Source of the DNA: an uncultured Candidatus Saccharibacteria bacterium
Lineage (GTDB): Bacteria > Patescibacteriota > WWE3 > UBA101185 > UBA10185
NCBI GenBank assembly: GCA_964643995.1
Contig: CAZXUJ010000004.1
Coordinates: forward strand, 8,606-72,605
Reading direction: 5' to 3'
Length of the DNA: 64,000 bases
In this document: piece by piece, positions 36,414 through 46,479 of the stretch
How the letters are laid out: every line of letters begins with the position of its first letter
Numbering within the stretch: the first letter of the stretch is position 1
The notes under the pieces: generated by a model
What the model saw: only the letters and a program-made list of their open reading frames with translations
Databases searched by the model: none
Told to the model about the DNA's origin: nothing
Program-made: the position numbers and the translations under genes

Positions 36414-37364
36414 TTAGGGTTTTTCAACCTCACTCTTACCCAACATCCCCGCCAAAGCTCCGGTACCTTTTACCACGTTTGCTGAGTTTTTCGCAGACCA
36501 GTCCATGGCTACTTCAAGAGTTTTCCCATAGTTCAGTGCTGATACAAATGTTGTGGCGTAGGTGTCTCCAGCACCGGTTTTGTTTACGATTTTGTCCACA
36601 GTTAGGGCCGGTTTTACTACAACTTTGGAACCATCGTATGCGCTTGCGCCTTTAGCACCATCTGTGATTACAGTTAGTTTGGCGCCAAGTTTATGTAAGC
36701 CTTCATGTAGCAAGCGCCCTTCAACATCATCTTTTATTTCCAAGATTTTCTTAGCTTCTTCTTTGTTTACAAATAAAACATCTACTATTTGCAAGAACTC
36801 TTTAACTTTGTTTAGATTTGTAAGTTGTATCGAGCCAGGGTTATATGCGACACCTATATCATCAGAGGCTTTTATGTATTTAACTAGATTATTTTGAAAT
36901 TCTTCGTATCCATGGGCTAAAGAAGTGTAGTAAATCCATTTAGGCTTTTCTGCTCCTTTGAGGTGTTCAAAATCCAGATGGTATTTTCGAGGTTCGTGAT
37001 AAGAAAAGATCGTTCTTTCTCCAGCATGCAAAATTATTGTATGCACGTTTGTATTTGTGTTTTTTGCTTGTCTACATAGTTTTGTATCAATTCCTTCGGT
37101 TTTGAATGTTTTTATAAATTTATCTCCATAGTCATCGTCTCCTAGTTCTGTGTAAATTCCTACTTTTAGTCCAAGACGTGCAGCTCCTACTCCAACATGA
37201 CAAGAGTTTCCAGCGAGATTTGCATAGAATTTATCAACCACAATTTTGCTTCCATGTAGAAAGCATATTCTTTGTTCTTGGGTGCTTGGGTCGTTTAAAA
37301 CCGCAGAATCTTCAATATCCATGTATTGATCTACTGAGCAGTCACCGATTACTAATAAATCCAT
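36414..37364 (-). CDS. PfkB-family carbohydrate/nucleoside kinase (ribokinase-like)
   Basis: 316 aa. N-terminal GG motif region, C-terminal …TGAGDTYATTFV… (PfkB signature 2). Confidence 0.75.
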   Translation of the reverse strand: MDLLVIGDCSVDQYMDIEDSAVLNDPSTQEQRICFLHGSKIVVDKFYANLAGNSCHVGVGAARLGLKVGIYTELGDDDYGDKFIKTFKTEGIDTKLCRQAKNTNTNVHTIILHAGERTIFSYHEPRKYHLDFEHLKGAEKPKWIYYTSLAHGYEEFQNNLVKYIKASDDIGVAYNPGSIQLTNLNKVKEFLQIVDVLFVNKEEAKKILEIKDDVEGRLLHEGLHKLGAKLTVITDGAKGASAYDGSKVVVKPALTVDKIVNKTGAGDTYATTFVSALNYGKTLEVAMDWSAKNSANVVKGTGALAGMLGKSEVEKP

Positions 37365-37366
37365 AT

Positions 37367-37642
37367 TTAAAAAGGTTGTATGTAAGTACTTTCGAGCAAA
37401 GGATCCAGAAACATAGCCACTATAACTATTTTAGACATTGTATAGGTTACTGTTCCTACCAACATAGACAGCATGACTTTGGTCGACGGTTGTACGTGTT
37501 TAAAAACGCGATGCATGGCAAAGTAGGTGCCTGCAACGATAAATGTGATTGTGAAAAATTCTATTATTGTCACGAGCGGGGAGTTTACAAGAACTTGTAT
37601 GAGTTTTGCGTCAAATATTTCCATGAAACAATTATTGCACAA
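37367..37642 (-). CDS. small membrane protein (hypothetical)
   Basis: 91-aa hydrophobic ORF overlapping the tktC 3' end by 11 nt. Weak. Confidence 0.25.
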   Translation of the reverse strand: MCNNCFMEIFDAKLIQVLVNSPLVTIIEFFTITFIVAGTYFAMHRVFKHVQPSTKVMLSMLVGTVTYTMSKIVIVAMFLDPLLESTYIQPF

Positions 37643-38606
37643 TTTTTTCTAAAATATTATGTTGTGCTATACCGTACTTATCCTTAAGCTGATTGTATTC
37701 TCCTGATTTGGTAAACACGTCGTCAACACCAAGTATAGTTAATGGCGTTGGGAGTTGTTGTGATAGTAGCTCTGCCACCGCGCTACCTAAGCCCCCGATT
37801 TTATGATGTTCTTCAACTGTTAAGACTTTTTTGGTTTTTCTAACTGACTCGAGAATTGTTTTGGTGTCTAAGGGCTTGATAGTCGAACAATTAATAACTT
37901 CACAACTTATTTTATGTTTTTCAAATGCTTGGTTAGCGGCACCAAGTGCATCATATACGCTTGGTCCTGTGGCAATAATTGTTAAATCAGTACCCTCAGC
38001 TAGGATTTGCGCCTTTCCTATTTCAAAAGGTGTTTCATTAGTTGTGAAAATTGGAAGATCTACTTTGGAATATCTTAGATAAACTGGTCCATCGTGAGCA
38101 GCCGCGGCAAATACTGCTTTTTTCGTCTCTAGTGCGTCTGCTGGAGATAAAATCAATAAATTAGGTAGTGAGCGCATCATTGCTAAGTCTTCGAGAGCAT
38201 GATGTGTTGCGCCATCAGGTCCATTACTTAAACCTAAATGAGATGAACATATTTTGACGTTTGAATGTGAGTAGCATATCGAAACTTTTATTTGATCCCA
38301 ATTACGTCCTGGGCTAAAAACGCCAAAAGAAGTCATAAATGGTATTTTTCCGCTCAATCCTAGCCCCGCGGCAATTCCTGCCATGTTCTGTTCGGCGACG
38401 CCTACTTGGAAAAATCTTTTTGGGAATTTCTTGGCAAATTTAATGGCTTTTGTTGATTCTGACAGGTCGGCACTTAAAACAACTACATCTTCGTTTTGTC
38501 CGCCTAATTCGGCCAAGGCTTCTCCAAAGGCGTCTCTACCTGTACCAGTATCAATAGTTGGCATAAAAAGTTTATGGGCAAGCTTCAGGTTTTTATTTAG
38601 GTTCAT
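37632..38606 (-). CDS. transketolase, C-terminal (pyrimidine-binding) subunit
   Basis: 324 aa. …TRDAFGEAL…, …FQVGVAEQNM…, …HLGLSNGPDGATHHALEDLAMMR…. Confidence 0.85.
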   Translation of the reverse strand: MNLNKNLKLAHKLFMPTIDTGTGRDAFGEALAELGGQNEDVVVLSADLSESTKAIKFAKKFPKRFFQVGVAEQNMAGIAAGLGLSGKIPFMTSFGVFSPGRNWDQIKVSICYSHSNVKICSSHLGLSNGPDGATHHALEDLAMMRSLPNLLILSPADALETKKAVFAAAAHDGPVYLRYSKVDLPIFTTNETPFEIGKAQILAEGTDLTIIATGPSVYDALGAANQAFEKHKISCEVINCSTIKPLDTKTILESVRKTKKVLTVEEHHKIGGLGSAVAELLSQQLPTPLTILGVDDVFTKSGEYNQLKDKYGIAQHNILEKIVQ

Positions 38607-38608
38607 CT

Positions 38609-39196
38609 TTACTCAGTAACGCTTGGTGTCGCTTCTTCAGTTTCGCATTCTACGTTATTTTTAACTCTTTCAAAATCCAGAACTTTATCGGTCTTTGATA
38701 TAACCGCTAAGTCTACTGCCACATTGGCGACTGTATCATACTCATCTAAGCATTCGTCGTCAGGCTCGGTTTCCTCTACCAAAATCTTAAAATTACCAGA
38801 TTCTTCATCTTCGGTAACTTTTTTTATCTTTATTTCGTACCCATATGTCGCATTTGTCTCAGTGGAAACACCAATCAGATACTCCTTGTCAAAGTTTACA
38901 TTTTCTTTGAGGGTTAATTTTCTAGCAGGATCTACCTTATTTAAAAACTCACTAAGTTGGGTTTCGTTAGTGATGATAACTCTTTGCTTTTCCATCACCC
39001 CTACGTCACTTACTATGGTAGGGAAGCCTTCCAAACGTGTGAGTTCGGTGGCATCTCTTCTAAATTTAGGAAGTTTAATTTCGCCTCTCAACAAAAAGTA
39101 TCCTGCCCCTATAAGCACAGCTACCAAAGCCAAAATTGGAAGTATAGTTGCATATAAAATTTTCCCATCTTCTTTGTTAGTTTTATTCATAGTCAT
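38609..39196 (-). CDS. single-TM membrane-anchored protein (hypothetical) interposed between the transketolase subunit genes
   Basis: The ORF extends to 39331, but the likely start is MTMNKTNKEDGKILYATILPILALVAVLIGAGYFLL at 39196. Acidic C-terminal domain with CxxxxxxxxC. Confidence 0.4.
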   Translation of the reverse strand: MTMNKTNKEDGKILYATILPILALVAVLIGAGYFLLRGEIKLPKFRRDATELTRLEGFPTIVSDVGVMEKQRVIITNETQLSEFLNKVDPARKLTLKENVNFDKEYLIGVSTETNATYGYEIKIKKVTEDEESGNFKILVEETEPDDECLDEYDTVANVAVDLAVISKTDKVLDFERVKNNVECETEEATPSVTE

Positions 39197-40070
39197 GCCA
39201 TTTAATTCTGCCTTCCAGTGTCCTAAGTTGTTTAAGAGCCTCTGCCGCCTGCTCTTTGTTAGGAGACCTTCCGTGCCATTCAAATTTATACTGCATAAAG
39301 GGCACATCTTTGCCAGGAATCGTGTGTGCAATTATTGCTGTTGGCCTTTCGAAAATGGTTTTGGCCATATTGCATGCATTAATAATCTCTTCTATGTTGT
39401 GTCCATCAACCTCCAGAACATACCACTGAAAAGCTTCGAGCTTTTCGCGTAAAGGTTCCAAAGGCATAATATCCTCGGTATAACCGTCAATTTGAATATT
39501 ATTTCTGTCAATAATCCAGGTTAAATTATTTAACCTTCTATTACCTGCGAACATTGCTGCTTCCCAGGTTTGTCCTTCATTTAACTCGCCATCACTTCCC
39601 AAACAATAAACTCTATTTTGTAAATCGTCTAACTTTGATGCAAGTGCAATGCCTATTGCTTGTGACAAACCTTGCCCCAAAGGTCCGCCGCTATTTTCTA
39701 TACCGGGGAGCCTTTTAGCATGGGGATGTCCCTGCAAGCGGGAGTCCAGTTTTCTCAGAGACCTAAGCTCTTTTTCTGGAAAAAATCCCTTCATTGCCAA
39801 AGTTGCATACCAAATTGGACAAATATGCCCATTAGACAAAACTACCCTGTCTCTATCAGGGTATTCAGGTCTGCTTGGGTCAATATTTAAAATGTGAAAG
39901 TATAATGCTGCGAAAACGTCGGCCATGCCAAGTGATCCAGCACTGTGCCCAGACTTTGCCTCGAGTAACATGTCAATCACGTTTTCCCTTAGTTTTGTAG
40001 CAATAATCTGTAAATTAGCTACCTCATCGTTCTTACAATAAGAAATAGTCTCTTTATTCTGGGGCATCAT
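39183..40070 (-). CDS. transketolase, N-terminal (TPP-binding) subunit
   Basis: 295 aa. …SGHSAGSLGMADVFAALY…, …GSDGELNEGQTWEA…. Confidence 0.85.
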   Translation of the reverse strand: MMPQNKETISYCKNDEVANLQIIATKLRENVIDMLLEAKSGHSAGSLGMADVFAALYFHILNIDPSRPEYPDRDRVVLSNGHICPIWYATLAMKGFFPEKELRSLRKLDSRLQGHPHAKRLPGIENSGGPLGQGLSQAIGIALASKLDDLQNRVYCLGSDGELNEGQTWEAAMFAGNRRLNNLTWIIDRNNIQIDGYTEDIMPLEPLREKLEAFQWYVLEVDGHNIEEIINACNMAKTIFERPTAIIAHTIPGKDVPFMQYKFEWHGRSPNKEQAAEALKQLRTLEGRIKWHDYE

Positions 40071-40354
40071 CGTTCAGTATATGACGTTTCACACAGCATC
40101 GCAACTTTCGGAGTTTGTTCGGGTACAATCTGTGATCTAACTGTTAACACATTTTACTATTGATGTTAGGTCCCATAGTGTGCTATGTTAGAGGTGTTTT
40201 ACTTACCCAATTCAGAAGTACCTACATAACTGGAGGCAAGCAATGAGTGATAGCACCAGGCGACAACGGCATCGAGCAAAATCTCGTATGCATGATTTGG
40301 TTAAGGCAATAAACTATACACTGTGGTATCTAGGGCTACGCCCATACCCTGTGT

Positions 40355-40573
40355 ATGAAGAGGACGAAAATGCCTGATGTAACTTGGATTATGTATGTTC
40401 CGTGTGGGCTTTTGATTTTGTTAGGTTTTCCTGTGCTCTTTTTCACTTCGAAAACGAAGCGAAAGCGGCAAGGACGCAACCATGCAGTGAAAGAACACCA
40501 GCGTGGTGGACCTGTAGATGGCACCCACCGTGGTCAAGGTTCTCCTGATCGTGGTGGTCCTGGTTCCCGCTAG
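40355..40573 (+). CDS. small ORF (hypothetical) in a GC-rich patch
   Basis: 72 aa, one TM, then a Gly/Arg-rich tail. Very weak support. Confidence 0.2.
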   Translation: MKRTKMPDVTWIMYVPCGLLILLGFPVLFFTSKTKRKRQGRNHAVKEHQRGGPVDGTHRGQGSPDRGGPGSR

Positions 40574-40687
40574 AAATTTTTTTGAGACAGACTCGCTTGG
40601 GTGTGTAACACCTAGTTTTAATTTAAATGACCATTTTTAAGTTAAAGCAATTTGTTGCACACCCAAACATCATCGGCTTAGGTGTTG

Positions 40688-41896
40688 CTAAACTATAGTT
40701 TCTATTTTTTCCAAAGATTTTATGTAGTCCAGAACTTCTTGTGGAGTGGTGCAAATACGCAAAATATGTTCTTCACCGTTTTTGAGGTACATATAGTTTT
40801 TCATATAGTCTACAAAGTGTTTCCAAAAATCCCCATATAAAACCACAGGCTTATTGTTAGGTTCGTGAATCCATGAACTAACCCAACTCATACCAAGTTC
40901 ACTCAATGTTCCAATGCTTCCATTAAAAACTATATGCATATCTACAGCTTGTAACATGACTTTTGTTCTATCGAAGTAGTCTAAAGTTTTCACCTCTTCA
41001 TCAAAGGTATTTTCAAGGTCTACACCTTCATAATGTCTCTTAGGCTTATTTGGGTGGTAAGTTATTGCAAGAGATTTCCCTCCTCCCGCATGCGCTCCCT
41101 TTGTTGAAGCTCTCATTACACCCGGGCCGCCTCCGTTAACTACTTGATATCCGTTTTCGGCTAAAAGTTTGGCAACATCGAAAGCATCTTTGTATGCTTG
41201 ATCGGTATCTTTCCACGCGGCGCCACCTAGAAACGCTATCTTTTTGATCTTTTGCATTTTGTTAAGGGATAAGTGCACTGCTTGTATAAGGTCTCGGTAG
41301 GCTTGCTTTGGGTCTGGTGTGCCAAATATTGCTGATCCTACAACCATATCGTCTACCCCTGCATCTAAAATACTGTCTAGCGTTTGAATCGTTACACCAC
41401 CATCGACTTTACACATCATGCTAGGAAAGGCAACCTTAAACTTTTTAATTTTGGGAAGTACCTCGCTAATAAATCTTTGTCCCTGTTTACCGGGATTTAT
41501 TGTCATGAATTGTACATAATCTATACGATGTGCATGCGGCCAAAGTGCATCAATATCAGTTTCAGGGTTAATGGCAATTCCAACCTGATAACTATTTCTC
41601 CTGCAATTTTCAATAAAAGCATCAATTTCATCTTTTCTTTCGATATGGGCAATAACTGCAGTGACATTTTTGATTTTGTCTTCAACAAACCTGGCCGGAT
41701 GCTCGACCATGAGGTGTAGCTCTACGTGAGCTCTAGTCTCTACATTATTTAACTGCTTTACGTCTAGAAAGGTTTTTCCTTCTACAAAATGTCCATCCGT
41801 AATATCTATCTGAACATTTTCTGCAACATCATCTATCACATCCAGCTTTTTTCGTACTTCTTCAAAATCTTTTTCGAGAATTCCGGGGAAAATCAT
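40688..41896 (-). CDS. rpe: fusion protein: ribulose-phosphate 3-epimerase (N-terminal) plus LOG-family nucleotide 5'-monophosphate nucleosidase domain (C-terminal)
   Basis: 402 aa. Rpe motifs …DITDGHFV… and …KVDGGVTIQT…. Then LOG/TIGR00730 motifs …VVNGGGPGVMRA… and …VFNGSIGTLSEL…. Confidence 0.7.
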   Translation of the reverse strand: MIFPGILEKDFEEVRKKLDVIDDVAENVQIDITDGHFVEGKTFLDVKQLNNVETRAHVELHLMVEHPARFVEDKIKNVTAVIAHIERKDEIDAFIENCRRNSYQVGIAINPETDIDALWPHAHRIDYVQFMTINPGKQGQRFISEVLPKIKKFKVAFPSMMCKVDGGVTIQTLDSILDAGVDDMVVGSAIFGTPDPKQAYRDLIQAVHLSLNKMQKIKKIAFLGGAAWKDTDQAYKDAFDVAKLLAENGYQVVNGGGPGVMRASTKGAHAGGGKSLAITYHPNKPKRHYEGVDLENTFDEEVKTLDYFDRTKVMLQAVDMHIVFNGSIGTLSELGMSWVSSWIHEPNNKPVVLYGDFWKHFVDYMKNYMYLKNGEEHILRICTTPQEVLDYIKSLEKIETIV

Positions 41897-42333
41897 TGGT
41901 CAATTTCATCAATTTTTTTAAGTCGTCTAACGTGTCTTTCATCGCCACTAAAGTCTGTTGACAACCAGCCATGGACAACGTTTAGGGCTTCTTCTCTTGT
42001 CAAAAAGTCTGCAGGAATAGCAAGTACATTTGCTGCGTCGTCGTTTCGGCTCGACTGTGCATGTTCTTTCGACCATGATAGTGCGCAACGTATGCCTTTA
42101 AACTTATTTGCGAGCACACTTACTCCGACGCCGTTTCTACAAATCAATATTGCCATGTTTTCAGGATTTTTCTGAACTTCCTGCATTGTTGGAACAACAT
42201 AATCAGGGTAATCATCATCGGGAATTAACTCTGTAGGTCCCATATCTTTGACCTCGATACCTTTTCGTTCTAAATAGGTAATGATGTCACCTTTGTACTT
42301 GAAACCACCGTGATCTGAGGCAATGTAGAGCAT
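41893..42333 (-). CDS. rpiB: ribose-5-phosphate isomerase B
   Basis: The ORF extends to 42351, but the likely start is MLYIASDHGGF… at 42333. …ICRNGVGVSVLANK… is typical of RpiB/LacAB. 4-nt overlap with the rpe-LOG start. Confidence 0.7.
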   Translation of the reverse strand: MLYIASDHGGFKYKGDIITYLERKGIEVKDMGPTELIPDDDYPDYVVPTMQEVQKNPENMAILICRNGVGVSVLANKFKGIRCALSWSKEHAQSSRNDDAANVLAIPADFLTREEALNVVHGWLSTDFSGDERHVRRLKKIDEIDQ

Positions 42334-42943
42334 ATGCAATAAGTATACCAATTATCAAGGCTAAGGAAAGTGTCTGTGTTACATTCAGCCCATTTATAGT
42401 CCAATGTTCTTGTCGTGTATTTTCAAGAAGTATTCTAACTAGGGCATATCCACCGACATATACTGCAAATATAACCCCGTTAGGGTTGAACCATTTCTTT
42501 ATGTAACCTATCTGTATTACAGCGAACAGCATCAGATTTAACCACATCTCATAATAAGCAAATGGAAGCAGCTCATTGTTAAAAATATTACCTATACGGC
42601 CGATTGCTTGCCCAAGTGGTAGATACAGCACTGCTAAGTCCAACCATATAAAAATGTTTTGCTTTTTTACCTTAAGAAAAATACTCACAGCCAATGTTGC
42701 ACAAATCAATCCTCCAAGTATCCCAAGGCCTCCTTGCCACACATAAAAAACTTCCAAAAGATGCAGTTGATAATAGTCCCAGTAATCAATCACATGATAG
42801 GTGCGTGCACCGAAAACACCAAAACATATAACAATCAGCAATCCATCCCAAAAGACTTCAGAAGATAACTTTTTGTGTTTAAGTTGTTTTTCTGTGAGAA
42901 GTGCCCCGACTAGGATACCTAGGGAGATCATTATTCCGTACAT
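42287..42943 (-). CDS. lgt: prolipoprotein diacylglyceryl transferase
   Basis: 218 aa. Lgt signatures …GARTYHVI…, …GGLGILGGLI…, …GQAIGRIGNIFNNEL…. Confidence 0.7.
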   Translation of the reverse strand: MYGIMISLGILVGALLTEKQLKHKKLSSEVFWDGLLIVICFGVFGARTYHVIDYWDYYQLHLLEVFYVWQGGLGILGGLICATLAVSIFLKVKKQNIFIWLDLAVLYLPLGQAIGRIGNIFNNELLPFAYYEMWLNLMLFAVIQIGYIKKWFNPNGVIFAVYVGGYALVRILLENTRQEHWTINGLNVTQTLSLALIIGILIAYALHCLRSRWFQVQR

Positions 42944-43492
42944 CTAGATTAGACTGAGGCCGAAAAGCAAAACTACGACAAGTCCACAAGCATACAAATA
43001 AAAAGTATTTTTGTCGGGCTTCTTTTTAAATGCCCAAAACCAATTGTCTGTTCGATTTTCAAAATGTTCTTCAGCCATACGATACATTGAGTTTACAAAC
43101 GCTGAAATTGTTACTGCTTTGATAAGCATACTAGTTGGAGTACCTGCTACAACAATTACGAGACCTGCTAGAGCAATTTGAAAAAGTGCGCTATTTAGTA
43201 CGGCGTCTTTAATCTCACCTTTGTGATAGTAAATATAGTTCCATGCTCCAATGTAATCTTTGTGTTTTGTATATCCACGAACTTGTGTTGAGAAATCTCT
43301 CTCTGGTTCAAAAAAATAGGCATATATGAAATAGTCCAAATCAAGTATGAAAGTTCCAATGATAGTGCCAAGGGCGATCAAAAATATTTGGAAAACACTT
43401 CTTTCTACAGTTAAAGCAAGAATCACCACGAAAAGTGTAAGAGCTAGCAGAATGGGTAACTTATAGGCATCAAAAATCTTTTTACCTGTCAT
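42944..43492 (-). CDS. polytopic membrane protein (hypothetical)
   Basis: 182 aa, 4-5 TM helices. Confidence 0.4.
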   Translation of the reverse strand: MTGKKIFDAYKLPILLALTLFVVILALTVERSVFQIFLIALGTIIGTFILDLDYFIYAYFFEPERDFSTQVRGYTKHKDYIGAWNYIYYHKGEIKDAVLNSALFQIALAGLVIVVAGTPTSMLIKAVTISAFVNSMYRMAEEHFENRTDNWFWAFKKKPDKNTFYLYACGLVVVLLFGLSLI

Positions 43493-43535
43493 ATATTAAT
43501 TAAATTCTAGATGATATAAGTCTTGGGGTAAAGGC

Positions 43536-43811
43536 TTAATTATTGTTCTTAAGTTGTTCTTTTTTGAGCTCACTCAACTTCCACATAAAAAGTCGTCCCT
43601 TTGTTGTTGCTTTATCTTGTCCCATCACAAATTCCCTTGCCCTCTCAAGTAATACACGGCTCTCAGTTTTGGCTAGTTTGATATAAAGTGCTCGATGCTT
43701 AATGTCCCCAAATTCTTCGGCTAATCTGTTGCCATAGGCTTGGAATTCATTTTTATTACGGAAATCAGCTGATTTGTTTTTGTTTTTGATGATCTCTTCG
43801 ATTTTTCTCAT
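43536..43811 (-). CDS. small charged protein (hypothetical)
   Basis: 91 aa, K/E-rich, no motif recognised. Confidence 0.3.
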   Translation of the reverse strand: MRKIEEIIKNKNKSADFRNKNEFQAYGNRLAEEFGDIKHRALYIKLAKTESRVLLERAREFVMGQDKATTKGRLFMWKLSELKKEQLKNNN

Positions 43812-44916
43812 TAGGATACTTGTAATTTAAGATGTACAAAATTGCAAGGGACAGAAGTGGTGCAGTGAAGAGAGGTGACTTGAAGTAGAACAAAGTTAGT
43901 AACACAAACCCTCCCATAATAGCCAAGTTGTACTTTTTTTCTTCTATTAGCAATAGGGCAGGGATTATCAAGAGAATTTGGTCATGAATATGTACATGAA
44001 ATCCAAAAAGTAAGCTTGCAAGTATTGCTATGGTATAAAGTTCCTCTCTAAGAAGTGCATCTTTTTTCATATAAAGAGCTACTAGAAATGAGGTATAGAA
44101 AATCAGTGCGATTAGTACGGATGTCACTTCTGTTATGTTTAGTGCATTCTGCAAATAGGCTTGGCTAGATATATAAATTTCAGTATTTATAAGTTCCTTA
44201 GAGGTTTCTACAGTTTGTATCATCTTTATGAACCCTAGCAACCCTCCATATGGTAGGGTTGCGCTCAGAATACCCAAGATAGTTAGTGGTAGTAACCCTT
44301 GAACAAATTGCTTTTTTTCCTTTATAGATAAAAGCACAAACGGTATACCTACGATAAACTGCAATTTGAACAAACACAATGAATACCATAATCCTGCTTG
44401 GAAGGGCTTGTTCTTTTCAAGTGAAATGTACGCCAGGCACATCCCTAGAAGTACAAAAATTGCAGTTTGGCCTTGCGCCAAAGAAAAAGCTGCTGGAGAA
44501 AAAGCTAGAGCTAAAAGTCCCAAATAGGGACGTCTTAATTGTTTACCTACGATAGTTATAATTATGAACCCTATACCTATATAAATGAGATAGGCTTGTT
44601 GCACAGTAAAAAAACTCAGTGGTATGAAAATTGAGAGTGTCCCCGGTAATGCCATAAATGGGAGCTCGTGACTGAATTTAGAGATATCGTTATAGTATTG
44701 CTTTTGCAATTCAAGATTATACAACTCTCTCCATCGATCATCTCTTACTAATGTTCCCGCGGTATAATAACTTAAGAAATCTCTTCTATTTAAAATGGTT
44801 GGGTTTGCCCAAGCATGTATAAGTTTATATGAATTAACAATTACCATGCTCAACAGGAAAGTTGCTAGGATAGCCTGTTTTACTGTCCTAGTTGTGTCAC
44901 GATTTGCTTTGATCAT
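43765..44916 (-). CDS. polytopic membrane protein, paralog A of a DUF2029/GT87-like family (putative glycosyltransferase)
   Basis: 383 aa, about 10 TM helices. Shares the motif …ELPFMALPGT…/…FFLPFRALPPL… with the next gene. Confidence 0.4.
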   Translation of the reverse strand: MIKANRDTTRTVKQAILATFLLSMVIVNSYKLIHAWANPTILNRRDFLSYYTAGTLVRDDRWRELYNLELQKQYYNDISKFSHELPFMALPGTLSIFIPLSFFTVQQAYLIYIGIGFIIITIVGKQLRRPYLGLLALAFSPAAFSLAQGQTAIFVLLGMCLAYISLEKNKPFQAGLWYSLCLFKLQFIVGIPFVLLSIKEKKQFVQGLLPLTILGILSATLPYGGLLGFIKMIQTVETSKELINTEIYISSQAYLQNALNITEVTSVLIALIFYTSFLVALYMKKDALLREELYTIAILASLLFGFHVHIHDQILLIIPALLLIEEKKYNLAIMGGFVLLTLFYFKSPLFTAPLLSLAILYILNYKYPNEKNRRDHQKQKQIS

Positions 44917-46126
44917 TTTGAATTAGTTGTGGAAATGTGAGAAAAATAATTCCAACAATGATATACAACGAAGTGCTAAGCATATGTATTTTTATATAGG
45001 TTGCGGTTAATAGTAACAGTAAACATGCATATGTCAGAATGTTGCTATTGGTATAGCCCTTTTGACTGCTTGTTGCTAACAGCGCTATGGAAACGTAGAT
45101 TATGAGCAAATCCTGACCAAACACGTGTAAGGAGAATAATATCCCAAATAGTACTGCCATACTAAATAAGTATTCCAGAGAATATTTTTTGGTTTGTTTA
45201 TACAGGATACCTCCTGTCAAAGCATACAGAATCATGGACACAAAAATTATGGGACTAGTTGTGGTATTAAGTCCTGCTAAATTTGTTAAATAACTTTGAA
45301 TTGAGGCTAGCCTTGTTGGGGGGCTAAAATATTCTGTATTCTCAGTATAGACTATAAATTCTGGGTATTTTACAAGGACGTCTGGGCCGACCAAGACTAG
45401 ACTGAAAATGAAGAAGCCTATCATAGATATTAAGAGTCCAACTAGATATCTTCTATCTAATTTAGTTATGATCCATATAAATGGTGTTATCACGATGTAA
45501 TGTGTTTTTAGAAGATAAAGTCCGCTGACTAGCCCCGCATAAAAAAGTCGTTCTCCCTTTATTAACCTATATACCACTACTGTTACTAACATCAGCAGAA
45601 TGGTAGGTTGCCCCTGCCCTAAAGCTATGAATGTTGCCTCATATGCTAGTAAACCAACAAAAGTCACAATCTTTTGCTTTGTAGTATGGGTCTTGTAAGT
45701 GAGTAGGTAGCTTGCTATAAGAAGTGTGCCGAAATTAATTAACCAAAATGTCCAAAATGCATTGCTATAGGAGAGGTAGGATAACGGAAGCATCAAAAAT
45801 GCTAATGGAGGTAACGCTCTGAACGGTAGAAAGAATTCAGTTATCAATCCAACATATTTGTTCTCGGTATATTCGTGATATTTATTAATATCTATCCCGG
45901 TTATGTCCCGATAATAGTCAGCCTGTACCTGCAAATCGTATAAATTCTGCTTATTTTCCCGTAAGAGCTTAGCCCCCATATAATAGTTTGGAAAATCAAC
46001 CCTTTTTATGAGCTCTTCAGATAATAGGTAGGGAGTAAAATAAACAATATTTCTTATAGCTACGGCTACTAGAAAAATGACGATCAACGTGTGCAATGTT
46101 TGTCTTTGTTTTGGCTTTAAGCTCAC
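44897..46126 (-). CDS. polytopic membrane protein, paralog B of the same family
   Basis: 409 aa, same topology and motifs as paralog A. Confidence 0.4.
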   Translation of the reverse strand: MSLKPKQRQTLHTLIVIFLVAVAIRNIVYFTPYLLSEELIKRVDFPNYYMGAKLLRENKQNLYDLQVQADYYRDITGIDINKYHEYTENKYVGLITEFFLPFRALPPLAFLMLPLSYLSYSNAFWTFWLINFGTLLIASYLLTYKTHTTKQKIVTFVGLLAYEATFIALGQGQPTILLMLVTVVVYRLIKGERLFYAGLVSGLYLLKTHYIVITPFIWIITKLDRRYLVGLLISMIGFFIFSLVLVGPDVLVKYPEFIVYTENTEYFSPPTRLASIQSYLTNLAGLNTTTSPIIFVSMILYALTGGILYKQTKKYSLEYLFSMAVLFGILFSLHVFGQDLLIIYVSIALLATSSQKGYTNSNILTYACLLLLLTATYIKIHMLSTSLYIIVGIIFLTFPQLIQNDQSKS

Positions 46127-46479
46127 TTGTTGAGTTGGTCTCTTACGAGTTTACCGAGATATGGAATTTCCCACTCCTCATTATTGTAGGCTTTCCACAT
46201 AAGTATTAGCCACAAGATAAAGGATCCGATTGAGACTATTGGAGTCAGTAAAACCCCGATTAGAATAGCCGTGCTCATAACTGCAATATTCCACGCGAGA
46301 AAAACTGCTACACCGAAGAAGATTGACTGCAGTGCGTGAAAGCGCACGAATTTATTTTCTTTTTCGAGCATGAATACTACTATTCCTGTAATAGGTGAAA
46401 TGAGATATGCAAGTGCAGCTTCTACGTTAGGATCTAGATTATAAGGTTTGGTGCTTGTATTAGTTTTATTTTCTTTCAT
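46123..46479 (-). CDS. small membrane protein, DUF4870-like
   Basis: 118 aa, with …RFHALQSIFFG… and two further TM helices. Confidence 0.35.
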   Translation of the reverse strand: MKENKTNTSTKPYNLDPNVEAALAYLISPITGIVVFMLEKENKFVRFHALQSIFFGVAVFLAWNIAVMSTAILIGVLLTPIVSIGSFILWLILMWKAYNNEEWEIPYLGKLVRDQLNK

